NCBI GenBank assembly: GCA_964549075.1
Contig: CAZJUB010000054.1
Location: forward strand, 1 to 18,136
DNA: 18,136 nt
Reading direction: 5' to 3'
DNA from: an uncultured archaeon
GTDB taxonomy: Archaea; Asgardarchaeota; Heimdallarchaeia; Heimdallarchaeales; Heimdallarchaeaceae
The position numbers and the translations under genes are program-made. Shown here one piece after another: positions 7,057-15,949 of this stretch. Below the pieces are notes generated by a model, which had not been told where the DNA came from, ran no database searches, and saw only the letters and a program-made list of their open reading frames with translations. Each line of letters starts with the position of its first letter. Position 1 is the stretch's first letter.

Positions 7057-8325
7057 TCATTCTAGTATTAATAAGCTTGGATTTTCCATATATCGAATAA
7101 GAGCACTGGTGAATCTTGCACCAATTGCTCCATCTACTACACGGTGATCTAAACTTAGAGAGAGGAACATCATTTTTCTTATACCAACTTCTGGTTTTCC
7201 ATCTTTTTCTATAACTACTGGTCTTAATTTAGCTCTAGTTAAACCTAATATAGCAACTTCTGGCCAATTTATGATAGGTGTAGCCATCATCCCACCTATA
7301 TTTCCCACTGAAGTTATAGTAAAAGTTCCTCCAGTAACCTCATCTAGAGTTAGTTCACCTTCTCTTGCTCTAGTTGCAAGATCAGTAATTTCTTCAGCTA
7401 ATTCCCACACATTTTTCTGATCAGCAGCTTTCACAACGGGAACCACTAAACCTTCTGGAGTGTCAACAGCAATTCCGATATTATAATAGTGTTTGATAAC
7501 AATCTCTTCCTTTTCTTCATCTAACGATGAGTTCATCATAGGAAATTCTTTCAATGCTGGAATCAAGCATTTTATTATAAGAGCAAGGTAAGTCAATTTT
7601 ACATCTTTCTCTTCTGCAAGAGATTTTCCAGCATTTCGTAGCTCATCCAATGCTGTCATATCTACTTCATCAAAATAGGTATAATGAGCAGCTTTGTCTT
7701 TTGAGCGCCTCATATACTGAGAGATTGTTCTACGTGTTCCTCTTAGAGGTATTATTTCTTCTGTACCTGGTAGAGATTCTTCTCGTTTGATTTTAATTGC
7801 TTTTGTTGGAGAGGACCTACTCATAACAAGCTCTAAGTCCTCTTTAGTTACTCTGCCTGCAGGTCCTGTACCTTCAACTTGTGAAAGATCTATTCCTGCT
7901 GTTCTTGCTCTTTGCCTAACAGCTGGAGAAGCTAATACTCGTGTTGAGGTTGAGGTTTGCACTTGTTTCTTAGGAATTACTCTTTTGAATTCTTGAGAAG
8001 GAGTAAACAATGAATCATCTTTTGTTTTTATTATTGGTTCAGGTTCAGTTTTACTAGACTTTTCTTTTGATTTTTGCTGAGTTTTTTGATCTGTGTCTAT
8101 TTTAACCAACGTTTCTCCTACTTTAATAATATCTCCCACTTTTTTTTCAAGAGAGAGAACTTTACCTCCTACCGGAGAAGTAATCTCCGTGTTTACTTTT
8201 TCTGTATGAACTTCAAGAAGGACTTGTTCAACTTCTATAATATCTCCTTCTTTTATATGCCATTCGAGAATTTCACCTTCATGAACTCCCTCTCCAATAT
8301 CTGCAAATTTGAATTCATAAACCAT
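7057..8325 (-). CDS. pdhC: Dihydrolipoamide acyltransferase (E2) with one lipoyl domain
   Basis: Lipoyl domain DIGEGVHEG...TEKV (Lys43), peripheral subunit-binding domain ASPAVRQRA...GTGPAGRVTKED, catalytic DHRVVDG. AGGTGA SD upstream. Confidence 0.95.
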   Translation of the reverse strand: MVYEFKFADIGEGVHEGEILEWHIKEGDIIEVEQVLLEVHTEKVNTEITSPVGGKVLSLEKKVGDIIKVGETLVKIDTDQKTQQKSKEKSSKTEPEPIIKTKDDSLFTPSQEFKRVIPKKQVQTSTSTRVLASPAVRQRARTAGIDLSQVEGTGPAGRVTKEDLELVMSRSSPTKAIKIKREESLPGTEEIIPLRGTRRTISQYMRRSKDKAAHYTYFDEVDMTALDELRNAGKSLAEEKDVKLTYLALIIKCLIPALKEFPMMNSSLDEEKEEIVIKHYYNIGIAVDTPEGLVVPVVKAADQKNVWELAEEITDLATRAREGELTLDEVTGGTFTITSVGNIGGMMATPIINWPEVAILGLTRAKLRPVVIEKDGKPEVGIRKMMFLSLSLDHRVVDGAIGARFTSALIRYMENPSLLILE

Positions 8326-8334
8326 AATATCACC

Positions 8335-9312
8335 TTAAAAATTATACACCTCTTCAATTGCCATCATCACTCGTCTAGGAGTTGGCATATATTCATGTTC
8401 GTAATAATATGGAAAAGGTGTATCGTAACCTGTAACTCTGAGTATTGGACCTTCCATATATTCGATGAATCGTTCTGCTACAAGAGCTGAAAGTTCAGCA
8501 CTAAATCCAGATGTTTTTGGAGCTTCAGTAACACTAATAACTCTTCCAGTTTTCTTGACCGAATTTTCTATTGTTTTAATATCCAAAGGAACAATAGATC
8601 GTAAATCTACAACTTCACTTTTAATTCCCTTCTTCTCTGCAATAGTTTCTGCTGCATCCAATGCGATATGAAGCATCGCGCCATAAGAAATGATAGTCAC
8701 ATCCTCACCTTCTCTAACAATTTTTGCTGAACCTAATGGTTCAACATAATCTTTCTCTGGAACTTCATCTCTAAAAGCTCGGTAAATCTTTTTTGGTTCA
8801 AAGAACAGAATTGGGTCCTCTTCTCTCATTGCTGCTGTTAATAGTCCTTTTGCATCATATGGATTACTTGGTATAACTACTTTCAATCCTGGTGTATGTG
8901 CAAAATATGCTTCTGGTGATTGAGAGTGATAATGCGCTCCTTTGACTCCTCCTCCATACGGAGCTCTAATAACCATAGGAAGTTTGAACATTCCTGCGCT
9001 TCTGTATCTAAACTTCGATACTTCTGATATTAGTTGATCCATTCCAGGCCAGATAAAGTCAGCAAACTGAATCTCTGCTACTGGATGTAATCCATAAAGT
9101 GCTAAACCAACAGTAAAACCTATGATTCCGCTCTCATTTAACGGTGAATCTAAGACTCTCGAAGCGCCATACTTCTTTTTTAAACCGTCTGTTACTCTGA
9201 AAACCCCACCATCGTCTCCTATATCTTCACCAATGAGAATTATATTATCATTTTTCTCCATCTCTTTATCCAAAGCCAGTCTAACAGCTTCCACAATTGT
9301 TAATTCAGCCAT
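8335..9312 (-). CDS. pdhB: 2-oxoacid dehydrogenase E1 beta subunit (pyruvate/branched-chain type)
   Basis: GEDIGDDGGVFRVTDGL, DSPLNESGI, EIQFADF, HSQSPEAYF and EVVDLRS. Start overlaps the E1alpha stop (TAATG), with GGAGG upstream. Confidence 0.95.
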   Translation of the reverse strand: MAELTIVEAVRLALDKEMEKNDNIILIGEDIGDDGGVFRVTDGLKKKYGASRVLDSPLNESGIIGFTVGLALYGLHPVAEIQFADFIWPGMDQLISEVSKFRYRSAGMFKLPMVIRAPYGGGVKGAHYHSQSPEAYFAHTPGLKVVIPSNPYDAKGLLTAAMREEDPILFFEPKKIYRAFRDEVPEKDYVEPLGSAKIVREGEDVTIISYGAMLHIALDAAETIAEKKGIKSEVVDLRSIVPLDIKTIENSVKKTGRVISVTEAPKTSGFSAELSALVAERFIEYMEGPILRVTGYDTPFPYYYEHEYMPTPRRVMMAIEEVYNF

Positions 9313-10385
9313 TATTTCTTCCCTCCATATAATTCGACAGCTTCTTCTTGCTGTTCCTTAAGATTCCAAGGCATTTCCGCATAAACATCTGTAAATACAG
9401 TGTCGATAGGTGGGGGATTCCTTTTTGATGCAGCTTCTATCAGCTCTTTCAATTCTTCATCTTTCTTTTTCCAGATTTTAGTGATATCAGTTTTACTAAG
9501 AAATTCTTTTTGCACTAAATAATCTCCGAAACGAGTGATTGGATCCATTTTTTCCCATTTTGCTATCTCTTCCTTTGATCTATACTTTGTAGGATCATCA
9601 GAAGAAGTATGAGGTCCCATCCTGTAAGTTATCGATTCGATCAAAGTTGGTCCTTCACCTTTTCTTGCTCGTTCTGCAGCTTCTTTTACAGTAACATAAA
9701 CTGCGAGAATATCATTACCATCAATTTGTATACCTGGCATTCCATACCCAACTGCTTTATCAGATAATTTTTCTGCAGCTGTCTGCCTAGCTCTGGGTAG
9801 AGAGATTGCCCAACCATTATTTTGACACATAAAGATGGTAGGAGTCTGAAATACTCCTGAAAAATTCAATCCTGAATGGAAATCATTACTTGAAGTTGCT
9901 CCATCACCAAAAAATACAATTGTTACATTTCCATCTTTCAGATATTTTGCTCCATAAGCTGTACCAACAGCATGAATAATTTGTGTTCCTATTGGAGCTG
10001 ATGGAGTTACAAAGTGGATTTTGTTATCTCCAAAAAGACCAGGTATTCGTCTAGCTTTCTGAGGATCTAAATCATTTGCAAACATGTGATTTACGATATC
10101 AGCTGGTGGAAGTCCGCGGTATAATGCACAACCATGTTCTCGATAAGCAGGAAATATCCAATCAGATTCCTTCAATGCAGCAGCAGCACCTACATGTGCT
10201 TCTTGTCCATGGATAGGAACGTGAAATCCGATTCTTCCTTGTCTTTGTAATTTCATACCTTTCTCGTCTAAGGTACGAAGAGTAATCATTATATCTAACC
10301 ATTTCAGAAGTTCTTCTTTCGGTACTTCTGGCTCTAGTTTTTCATCTATTGAACCATTAAGTTTTAAGATCCTTCTCATATACAT
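9312..10385 (-). CDS. pdhA: 2-oxoacid dehydrogenase E1 alpha subunit (TPP-dependent)
   Basis: QRQGRIGF, GQEA, FPAYRE, TPP motif FGDGATS...NN, DGNDILAVY and YRMGPHTSSDDP. Start at 10385 or 10379. Confidence 0.95.
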   Translation of the reverse strand: MYMRRILKLNGSIDEKLEPEVPKEELLKWLDIMITLRTLDEKGMKLQRQGRIGFHVPIHGQEAHVGAAAALKESDWIFPAYREHGCALYRGLPPADIVNHMFANDLDPQKARRIPGLFGDNKIHFVTPSAPIGTQIIHAVGTAYGAKYLKDGNVTIVFFGDGATSSNDFHSGLNFSGVFQTPTIFMCQNNGWAISLPRARQTAAEKLSDKAVGYGMPGIQIDGNDILAVYVTVKEAAERARKGEGPTLIESITYRMGPHTSSDDPTKYRSKEEIAKWEKMDPITRFGDYLVQKEFLSKTDITKIWKKKDEELKELIEAASKRNPPPIDTVFTDVYAEMPWNLKEQQEEAVELYGGKK

Positions 10386-10496
10386 TCCTTCTTTTTTTGA
10401 AGTAGTCCAAAATGAAAGTAAAGGGAAGGGAATTCCCTTGAAGTTCTACTTCATTGCACACTTTCAATTGAGACATCCACAATTTATCTTTTAAAA
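10386..10496 (-). promoter_or_regulatory. Promoter and structured 5' leader of the 2-oxoacid dehydrogenase operon
   Basis: TTTTAAAA TATA-like box at 10489-10496. 14-bp palindrome AAGGGAATTCCCTT at 10426-10439. Inverted repeats 10398-10405/10446-10453 and 10413-10419/10460-10466. GAAGGA SD next to the start. Confidence 0.45.
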
Positions 10497-10514
10497 CTAG
10501 GCAATTTACAAAAA

Positions 10515-11885
10515 TTAACTGTTTTTAGTATTCATAGGTTCTTTAAGGAAAAGAAAGCCAAAAGCCATTAGAAATCGTGCTCCTGTGATGATCCACAAAA
10601 ATAGTACAATGGTTTTATATTCTCCTATAAGATGTTCAGTCACATCAGCTAATACTCCAGAAATCAATGAACCTAGGAAAGTTGTGATACCCATAAATAA
10701 GTAAAACAATCCTGTGTAGGTACCTTTTTCTTTTTCAGGTGCGCAATCTAAAATATAGCTGCTCTCAGCTACCATGTAAAAAGAATTACCAAAACCACTG
10801 ATTCCACCACCTATAGCCATGAACCACCAATATGGTAGATACATTGCTGTAATTACTAGATTCAAAGGGATAAGAAACATTAAGAATCTGCCAAAATACA
10901 AAGTCCATTTTCTTTTTATTTTATCTATAAAAGGGCGAGTAATAAGTAAAGTCAGCATCATTACTATACTAAAGGTAGCCCAAATCCAAGTGTTTTCTTG
11001 AGCTGAAGCATAATTTACTCTAACAAAAGGGAAAATTGGCCATCCTAGTGACATCACAAAACCCATCAATGAACCAACTATAACAAATCTTCTAAATCGT
11101 TTATTATCTCTTAACGGAGTAAACGATAATACCGATCTTTCTTGGAGTTTTTCAGTAGGAGGCTCTTTGAGTAGAATACTGATTATACCTGTGATGATAA
11201 ATAAACATGCAGCAAGATAAAGAACAAGTGAGTATTGATTGTGCTGGAATACACTTAGAAAGTCTGATTCAATATCATTACTAAATTTAACTATAGAAAG
11301 AAGTTGTGAACCAAATGATGTAAGATCTACATAATTGTAATAAGTTAGTTGAGGTTGTATTAAATCAGTTAATCCCCCTACAGCAATTAAACCAATAAAT
11401 GAAGCAAGAGAACCAGATAGTGTTAGCAGACTAAATAATCCTGCTCTATTTTCCTTTTTTGTAAGGTCACCTACTAAAGCAGTAAAAGAGGGATTATATA
11501 TCGCAAAACATAAGGAAAAAATGAAAACACCAACAACTAAAATCCATTGATTTTTAATGAAAGGGAATAATGCTAGAGAAACTCCTCCACCGAACAAACC
11601 GATTAATATCAGTGTTTTTCTTCCGAGAAAATCTGATATCCGACCAAAAGAAGACTGAAAAGCTAGCTGAATTAAATTTCTAATTGATGTGATTAAAGAA
11701 AGAGCAGTTTTTGATGAACCTATAACAACAGAATACATCTCCACAAACATTCTTCCTATCATTCTTGCAGATGTACCAAATGCAGAAATAAGAAGGAGGA
11801 GAATTTTCATTTTTGGAGTAATCTCTGGAAGTGAAAGAATTCCTTCGTCAACTAAAATAACGTTTTCACTTACAGAATCATTCAT
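10515..11885 (-). CDS. Major facilitator superfamily (MFS_1) transporter
   Basis: About 12 hydrophobic segments, motif A FGRISDFLGRK, PSFTALVGDL..KENRA and the second-half repeat YILDCAPEKEKGTYTG. GGTGA SD at 11893-11897. Confidence 0.93.
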   Translation of the reverse strand: MNDSVSENVILVDEGILSLPEITPKMKILLLLISAFGTSARMIGRMFVEMYSVVIGSSKTALSLITSIRNLIQLAFQSSFGRISDFLGRKTLILIGLFGGGVSLALFPFIKNQWILVVGVFIFSLCFAIYNPSFTALVGDLTKKENRAGLFSLLTLSGSLASFIGLIAVGGLTDLIQPQLTYYNYVDLTSFGSQLLSIVKFSNDIESDFLSVFQHNQYSLVLYLAACLFIITGIISILLKEPPTEKLQERSVLSFTPLRDNKRFRRFVIVGSLMGFVMSLGWPIFPFVRVNYASAQENTWIWATFSIVMMLTLLITRPFIDKIKRKWTLYFGRFLMFLIPLNLVITAMYLPYWWFMAIGGGISGFGNSFYMVAESSYILDCAPEKEKGTYTGLFYLFMGITTFLGSLISGVLADVTEHLIGEYKTIVLFLWIITGARFLMAFGFLFLKEPMNTKNS

Positions 11886-11951
11886 TTTTCTTTCACCGTC
11901 TAGAAAAAGATAGATAAGAAATAAACAGCTAGCAAATAACTTTTTTGGAAT

Positions 11952-11970
11952 AAAAAAGGAGAATTATCTC
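11952..11970 (-). terminator. Candidate terminator after the phosphatase gene
   Basis: Minus strand immediately after TAA reads GAGATAATTCTCCTTTTTT: a short hairpin plus T-tract. Confidence 0.35.
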
Positions 11971-12648
11971 TTAAGGTCGAAGTTGTTCGATTAGACCTTC
12001 CATAGTCTCTTTTAACAATCCACAACTAACCAAATATTCCATAATTCCTCCCATCTTTTCAATTTCCTCTACTATAAACTCGATATCTTCACTTTGGGTA
12101 AATTCATCTGTTGCAAGATAATCTTGTATGATATTTGCTTCTGGTGCATTTACAAGAAGTAGAATCAGACTAGATATTACGCCAGTTCTGTCTCTCCCAG
12201 CATGACAATGAATAACTGTAGCAATATTTTCAGGACGAGAGAGTATATTGAATATTTTTCTGATTTGAGTTTTGTTATAAAAAAGTGTATACCAGCAGAA
12301 TTGATTGTAAAAAGACATCTCGCTTTTTCCTTCTCTAAGCATCACATCAGTTGGCATTGAGATATCCATATGAACCCAATAATAATTGAAATTATTTACA
12401 AATTCATCTTCATAACTAGAATACCCTATTTCGACAGCTGATCTTAAATCTATTATACTTTTTATTCCTAAATTTTTGAACTCTTGTAGAAGTTCTGGGG
12501 ATTGATAAGAGATAGGAGAGGAAGAACGGTAGATAATATTCGGTTTAATATAGCTTTGATTGAAAATAGCAAGATCTCTGAAATTAGTGATTTTATTCTG
12601 AACTTTTGTTAAAATCTCGTTCTTATCCAAAGGAGCTTCCTCAATCAA
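11971..12648 (-). CDS. Cys-based tyrosine/lipid phosphatase (Y_phosphatase3, PtpB/IphP-like)
   Basis: NFRDL, IYRSS, LGIKSIIDLRS, P-loop HCHAGRDRTG (CX5R, 12181-12210) and DYLAT. Confidence 0.92.
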   Translation of the reverse strand: MIEEAPLDKNEILTKVQNKITNFRDLAIFNQSYIKPNIIYRSSSPISYQSPELLQEFKNLGIKSIIDLRSAVEIGYSSYEDEFVNNFNYYWVHMDISMPTDVMLREGKSEMSFYNQFCWYTLFYNKTQIRKIFNILSRPENIATVIHCHAGRDRTGVISSLILLLVNAPEANIIQDYLATDEFTQSEDIEFIVEEIEKMGGIMEYLVSCGLLKETMEGLIEQLRP

Positions 12649-12700
12649 CAGTATATTTTACTTAACCAAGTATATATGAGGTTGTAAATATAAATATTTG

Positions 12701-12734
12701 TTTGGAAAAAGGAAAAAAAAGGAAAAAAGAGAAA
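12701..12734 (-). terminator. Archaeal-type pyrimidine/T-tract terminator after the DUF3160 gene
   Basis: Minus strand directly after the TAA reads TTTCTCTTTTTTCCTTTTTTTTCCTTTTTCC. Confidence 0.6.
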
Positions 12735-14915
12735 TTAGTCCTCTTTTCTTGCAAATAAAAACAATGTAGGTGAGCTTTGAATTAAAGGTAACGAGCTTAA
12801 TATCCATTCAGGTAATGGAGGAGGATTGCTATCTAGCATCTCTTGCCAGCTTTCATCAGTTAATCTGTCAACCATCGGATGATGAAATTCGTAATAAGAG
12901 AAAGTTCCTCCTTTGACTAATCTTAGAGTGCCTGTTTCATCCTGAACAACAGCATAAATAACATAAGGATCACCACTTGCTACTTCTAGAACATTTCCTG
13001 AATTTGGATCTGTGTGGACATCAGCAATCACAGCCATTCTATCATCAGCTTCATTCACCCATTCTTCTGCATCAGGATCGTGGAAACTTGCAGCTGTTTC
13101 TATATAAGAAGCAACATGATTAATATATCTATAATCATCTAAAGTGAGTGGCACATTTTCCAATTCTTTTATACTTAGTTCCACAAGTTTGTCAAATATC
13201 TCAGCAATTTGCAGTAATTTATCACTGAAACTTCCGAAGAATAAACCTCGTTCATCCAAACCAGATTGCATAAGTCTTACTAGACTAGCTAACCTCGCAT
13301 ATACTTCAGGATAAGGTTCAATATAACCATATTTTAATGGTGGAAGAGATGTTTCATATGTATTGGATTGTTTAGCATAAAGAATTGTATCATGTCTAAG
13401 CTCAGCCCAAGAAGCAGAAGAGGTCATTAAAGCTTTATCTGACCAAGCATTGCTTAGCATGAATCCTGGAAAACCGAGTGATGCTGGCTCTAATAATGGG
13501 AATAGCGAATAGAGCCACAACCAATACAAATTTTGTGTCCAATCATATTCAGTTAAATCTCCAAATTCTGCTCTAAGTTTTAGAATTTGATCATCATAAT
13601 CAGGGTAAGTAAGATTTTCATTCCTCATATAATAATCAGCTCTGGGACTTCCAAATACCGAAAAAACATCGAAAGCTGTAGGCATTAACCTAGCAGGAAC
13701 CTTATCAGCTACGAGTTGCTGGAAGATATAAGAATCTGGAATAAAACGTTGTCCCATTAGGCGAAAACCTTGAGTAACATTTTCATGATCAAAGCCACTA
13801 AAAACAAACATGGAATTAATAAGAGGTTTCCTGTAGGTTTTTGCTTCAATAATAAAATCCTCAATATAACTTTCAGAAGCTAGACCATCAACTCCAATAC
13901 CACCTAAATCTTGCCAAATTTGATAATATTCAGCTGGTGTTAAATCATCGGCTGAACCAACATAAAAGACTGTAGGTTCATAAATTCTATCCCAGTAATC
14001 CCAAACTGTTTCAGATGTAATTGAAGTATTAAAACTAGAGAGTAGTAAAATAGCCATTCTAGTATGTTCAATTCCCATGGCAGGATCACCAGTTGGACTT
14101 TGGAGAAGAAAACCCATCCTTCCAGCGTACATCATTGCTTTGAAGTAGTTTGCAAGTATTTCGTTACGAGTATAATGTCCACGAACGATATATTGTGTAT
14201 AATCTTCTTCATAGCCAAAAATAGCAGAATATGCACGATTAGTATCATTAATCAAATCCAGTTCAGCTTGGGTAAGAGCTTCAACTTCAGGTGGGATAGT
14301 ATTGGTTTCATTAATCAAATAGAGCATCACGGATAAATACGCAATATTCTTCTTGAGTGCATCATGAACTACAGGTTCAGTCACAGTGCTGTTTAAAGCT
14401 ATCTGAGCACCTCTAAGAGTTAATAACATGGTTTCAAAATCATAAAAGAATCGCTCTCCTTCCAATACTCTGAGACTTATATCATAGAGTACATGATAAG
14501 CATGTAAACACAAATCTGTTGTTATGAATTTTGGAATTTCATCATCATAGATCCCGTAAATGTCTTCTTGACCATCATCCACTAGAGCAAAACCATAGTA
14601 CTCAAGGAGTTCTTTGACATCGTTAGATATGTGCAGACCTTGTAAATTAACGTTAGAGAGACCTTCAGAAATTTCTGTTGGAATAATAGATGGAGTATAA
14701 TCCAAACTTATAGGAGTATAAGATCCAAAAGAAGTACTAACTGAATTTTTAACTTGAAAAGTAGAAGCTGTGCCTTCAAGTAAAGAGGTAGGATCCCAAT
14801 CAACATTGAACCTAGGTCCTAATTGAGGTAAGAAAATAGCGAGATTAGTTGCAAGTATAACTACGATTATTGAGGAACCAATAATCATCATTTTTTGATT
14901 TTTTAGAATCTTCAT
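12735..14915 (-). CDS. DUF3160 family protein with N-terminal membrane anchor/signal
   Basis: Recalled family motifs FITTD..LHAYH, RGHYT, YFKAMMY, FRLMGQRFIPDSYIFQQL, SWAELRHDTILYAKQS, GYIEPYPEVY, IADVHTDP and RLTDESW. Hydrophobic N-terminus; acidic composition. Confidence 0.85.
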   Translation of the reverse strand: MKILKNQKMMIIGSSIIVVILATNLAIFLPQLGPRFNVDWDPTSLLEGTASTFQVKNSVSTSFGSYTPISLDYTPSIIPTEISEGLSNVNLQGLHISNDVKELLEYYGFALVDDGQEDIYGIYDDEIPKFITTDLCLHAYHVLYDISLRVLEGERFFYDFETMLLTLRGAQIALNSTVTEPVVHDALKKNIAYLSVMLYLINETNTIPPEVEALTQAELDLINDTNRAYSAIFGYEEDYTQYIVRGHYTRNEILANYFKAMMYAGRMGFLLQSPTGDPAMGIEHTRMAILLLSSFNTSITSETVWDYWDRIYEPTVFYVGSADDLTPAEYYQIWQDLGGIGVDGLASESYIEDFIIEAKTYRKPLINSMFVFSGFDHENVTQGFRLMGQRFIPDSYIFQQLVADKVPARLMPTAFDVFSVFGSPRADYYMRNENLTYPDYDDQILKLRAEFGDLTEYDWTQNLYWLWLYSLFPLLEPASLGFPGFMLSNAWSDKALMTSSASWAELRHDTILYAKQSNTYETSLPPLKYGYIEPYPEVYARLASLVRLMQSGLDERGLFFGSFSDKLLQIAEIFDKLVELSIKELENVPLTLDDYRYINHVASYIETAASFHDPDAEEWVNEADDRMAVIADVHTDPNSGNVLEVASGDPYVIYAVVQDETGTLRLVKGGTFSYYEFHHPMVDRLTDESWQEMLDSNPPPLPEWILSSLPLIQSSPTLFLFARKED

Positions 14916-14949
14916 TTAGCTCACGAGAATTTTTTGTTTAAGTTAACCC

Positions 14950-15022
14950 TTTAACCATATTAATACTTGTTGTGTCATATTAAACACAATGGTTAAATCA
15001 ACCAGAACCCATGAAATTTCAT
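14950..15022. promoter_or_regulatory. Repeat-rich upstream region of the DUF3160 gene (candidate operator/promoter)
   Basis: 9-bp inverted repeat TTTAACCAT (14950-14958)/ATGGTTAAA (14989-14997). Direct repeat CATATTAA at 14956 and 14976 (20-bp period). 12-bp palindrome ATGAAATTTCAT at 15011-15022. Confidence 0.35.
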
Positions 15023-15090
15023 TTTTCTCCAAAATTACTTATTAGATAAAAGAGCAGAAGATAACATCTTTCGAATCTAAAACTATAATA

Positions 15091-15924
15091 TCATTTCACA
15101 TTGAGTTTAATGGTTTTGAATTGATTTGTTTTAGTTATAGGTTTTAGATTTTGACATTTGGCAATAAAATTTAGTATTTCTTCAGTTACTATTTCATGAT
15201 ATTTAGTGTTAAGTAACAAGTGCCCTGCACCTTTAACAGTCACACCAAATTTTATCTTATTTTGAGCATCATTTATGAAAAAAGGTGTTGCTTTTTTACT
15301 TGTTGCAGGATCTTTTGAACCATTGATTATTAAGAGTGGTTTGGTGATTTGTTTAGCTTTTCTATTCAAATACTTGGATCTTCTAACAGCTTGAACAAAT
15401 AAATTCATAGGCATTTTTTCGAAATTTGTTTTTTTCCAATTTAAGAAACCTTGATCAAGATATTTCAATTCTAGATCTTTTATTGGAGAATAAGGTAAGA
15501 ATTTTATTTTTATCACTCGCGAAATAAATGAGAATAATCTAAGACCAAATGAAAATACTCCTCCTGTACTTAATCCAATTAAGATATCAGCAGAAGGATT
15601 AGATATTTCAGAGACATACATCATAGCAGAACCGATTGAAACTCCTATAATTATCAATGTCTTATATTCACTCCTTTTTTGAGCTATTTTTTCTTTACCC
15701 CATTCGAAGATTTCAGTGAGATTAAATTCTAATAATTGAAGATAGGTTTGTCCATGATAAGGAAGAAGAGGTACATAAACATCGTAACCTTGTTCACTCA
15801 TAGTCTTTGCAAGATTCTTCATATCATATGGAGTCGATGCTAAACCATGGAAAATTAGTACACAAGTATTAGAGTTATTATTATACTCAATGTTCTTTGC
15901 GTATTTATTGTTAATGATTCTCAC
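15091..15924 (-). CDS. Alpha/beta-hydrolase, carboxylesterase/monoacylglycerol-lipase-like
   Basis: Oxyanion HGLAS, LPYHG, nucleophile elbow GVSIG (GxSxG), acid GSKDP and His GAGH; GTG start. Confidence 0.88.
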   Translation of the reverse strand: MRIINNKYAKNIEYNNNSNTCVLIFHGLASTPYDMKNLAKTMSEQGYDVYVPLLPYHGQTYLQLLEFNLTEIFEWGKEKIAQKRSEYKTLIIIGVSIGSAMMYVSEISNPSADILIGLSTGGVFSFGLRLFSFISRVIKIKFLPYSPIKDLELKYLDQGFLNWKKTNFEKMPMNLFVQAVRRSKYLNRKAKQITKPLLIINGSKDPATSKKATPFFINDAQNKIKFGVTVKGAGHLLLNTKYHEIVTEEILNFIAKCQNLKPITKTNQFKTIKLNVK

Positions 15925-15949
15925 CTGTAATTCATGTATTATTTCATTA

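Noticed and set aside
6574-9361. Plus-strand ORFs 6574-6756, 7787-7996, 8074-8490, 8465-8671 and 9122-9361
   Set aside because: Antisense to conserved E3/E2/E1 genes, with no independent coding signal.
10357-10476. 39-aa uORF (MSQLKVCNEV...) overlapping the E1alpha start out of frame
   Set aside because: Its ATG is only about 13 nt from the TATA-like box, probably upstream of the TSS, and it shows no attenuator-like codon run.
10386-10500. TPP riboswitch upstream of the TPP-dependent E1
   Set aside because: Lacks the CUGAGA and ACCUGA core consensus on the coding strand.
11971-12648. Phosphatase as a eukaryote-like regulator of E1alpha phosphorylation
   Set aside because: Eukaryotic PDH/BCKDH phosphatases are PP2C metal enzymes, whereas this is a CX5R enzyme, and no kinase is present in the window.
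10819-14336. Plus-strand ORFs 10819-11001, 11689-11913 and 14064-14336
   Set aside because: Antisense shadows of the MFS and DUF3160 genes.
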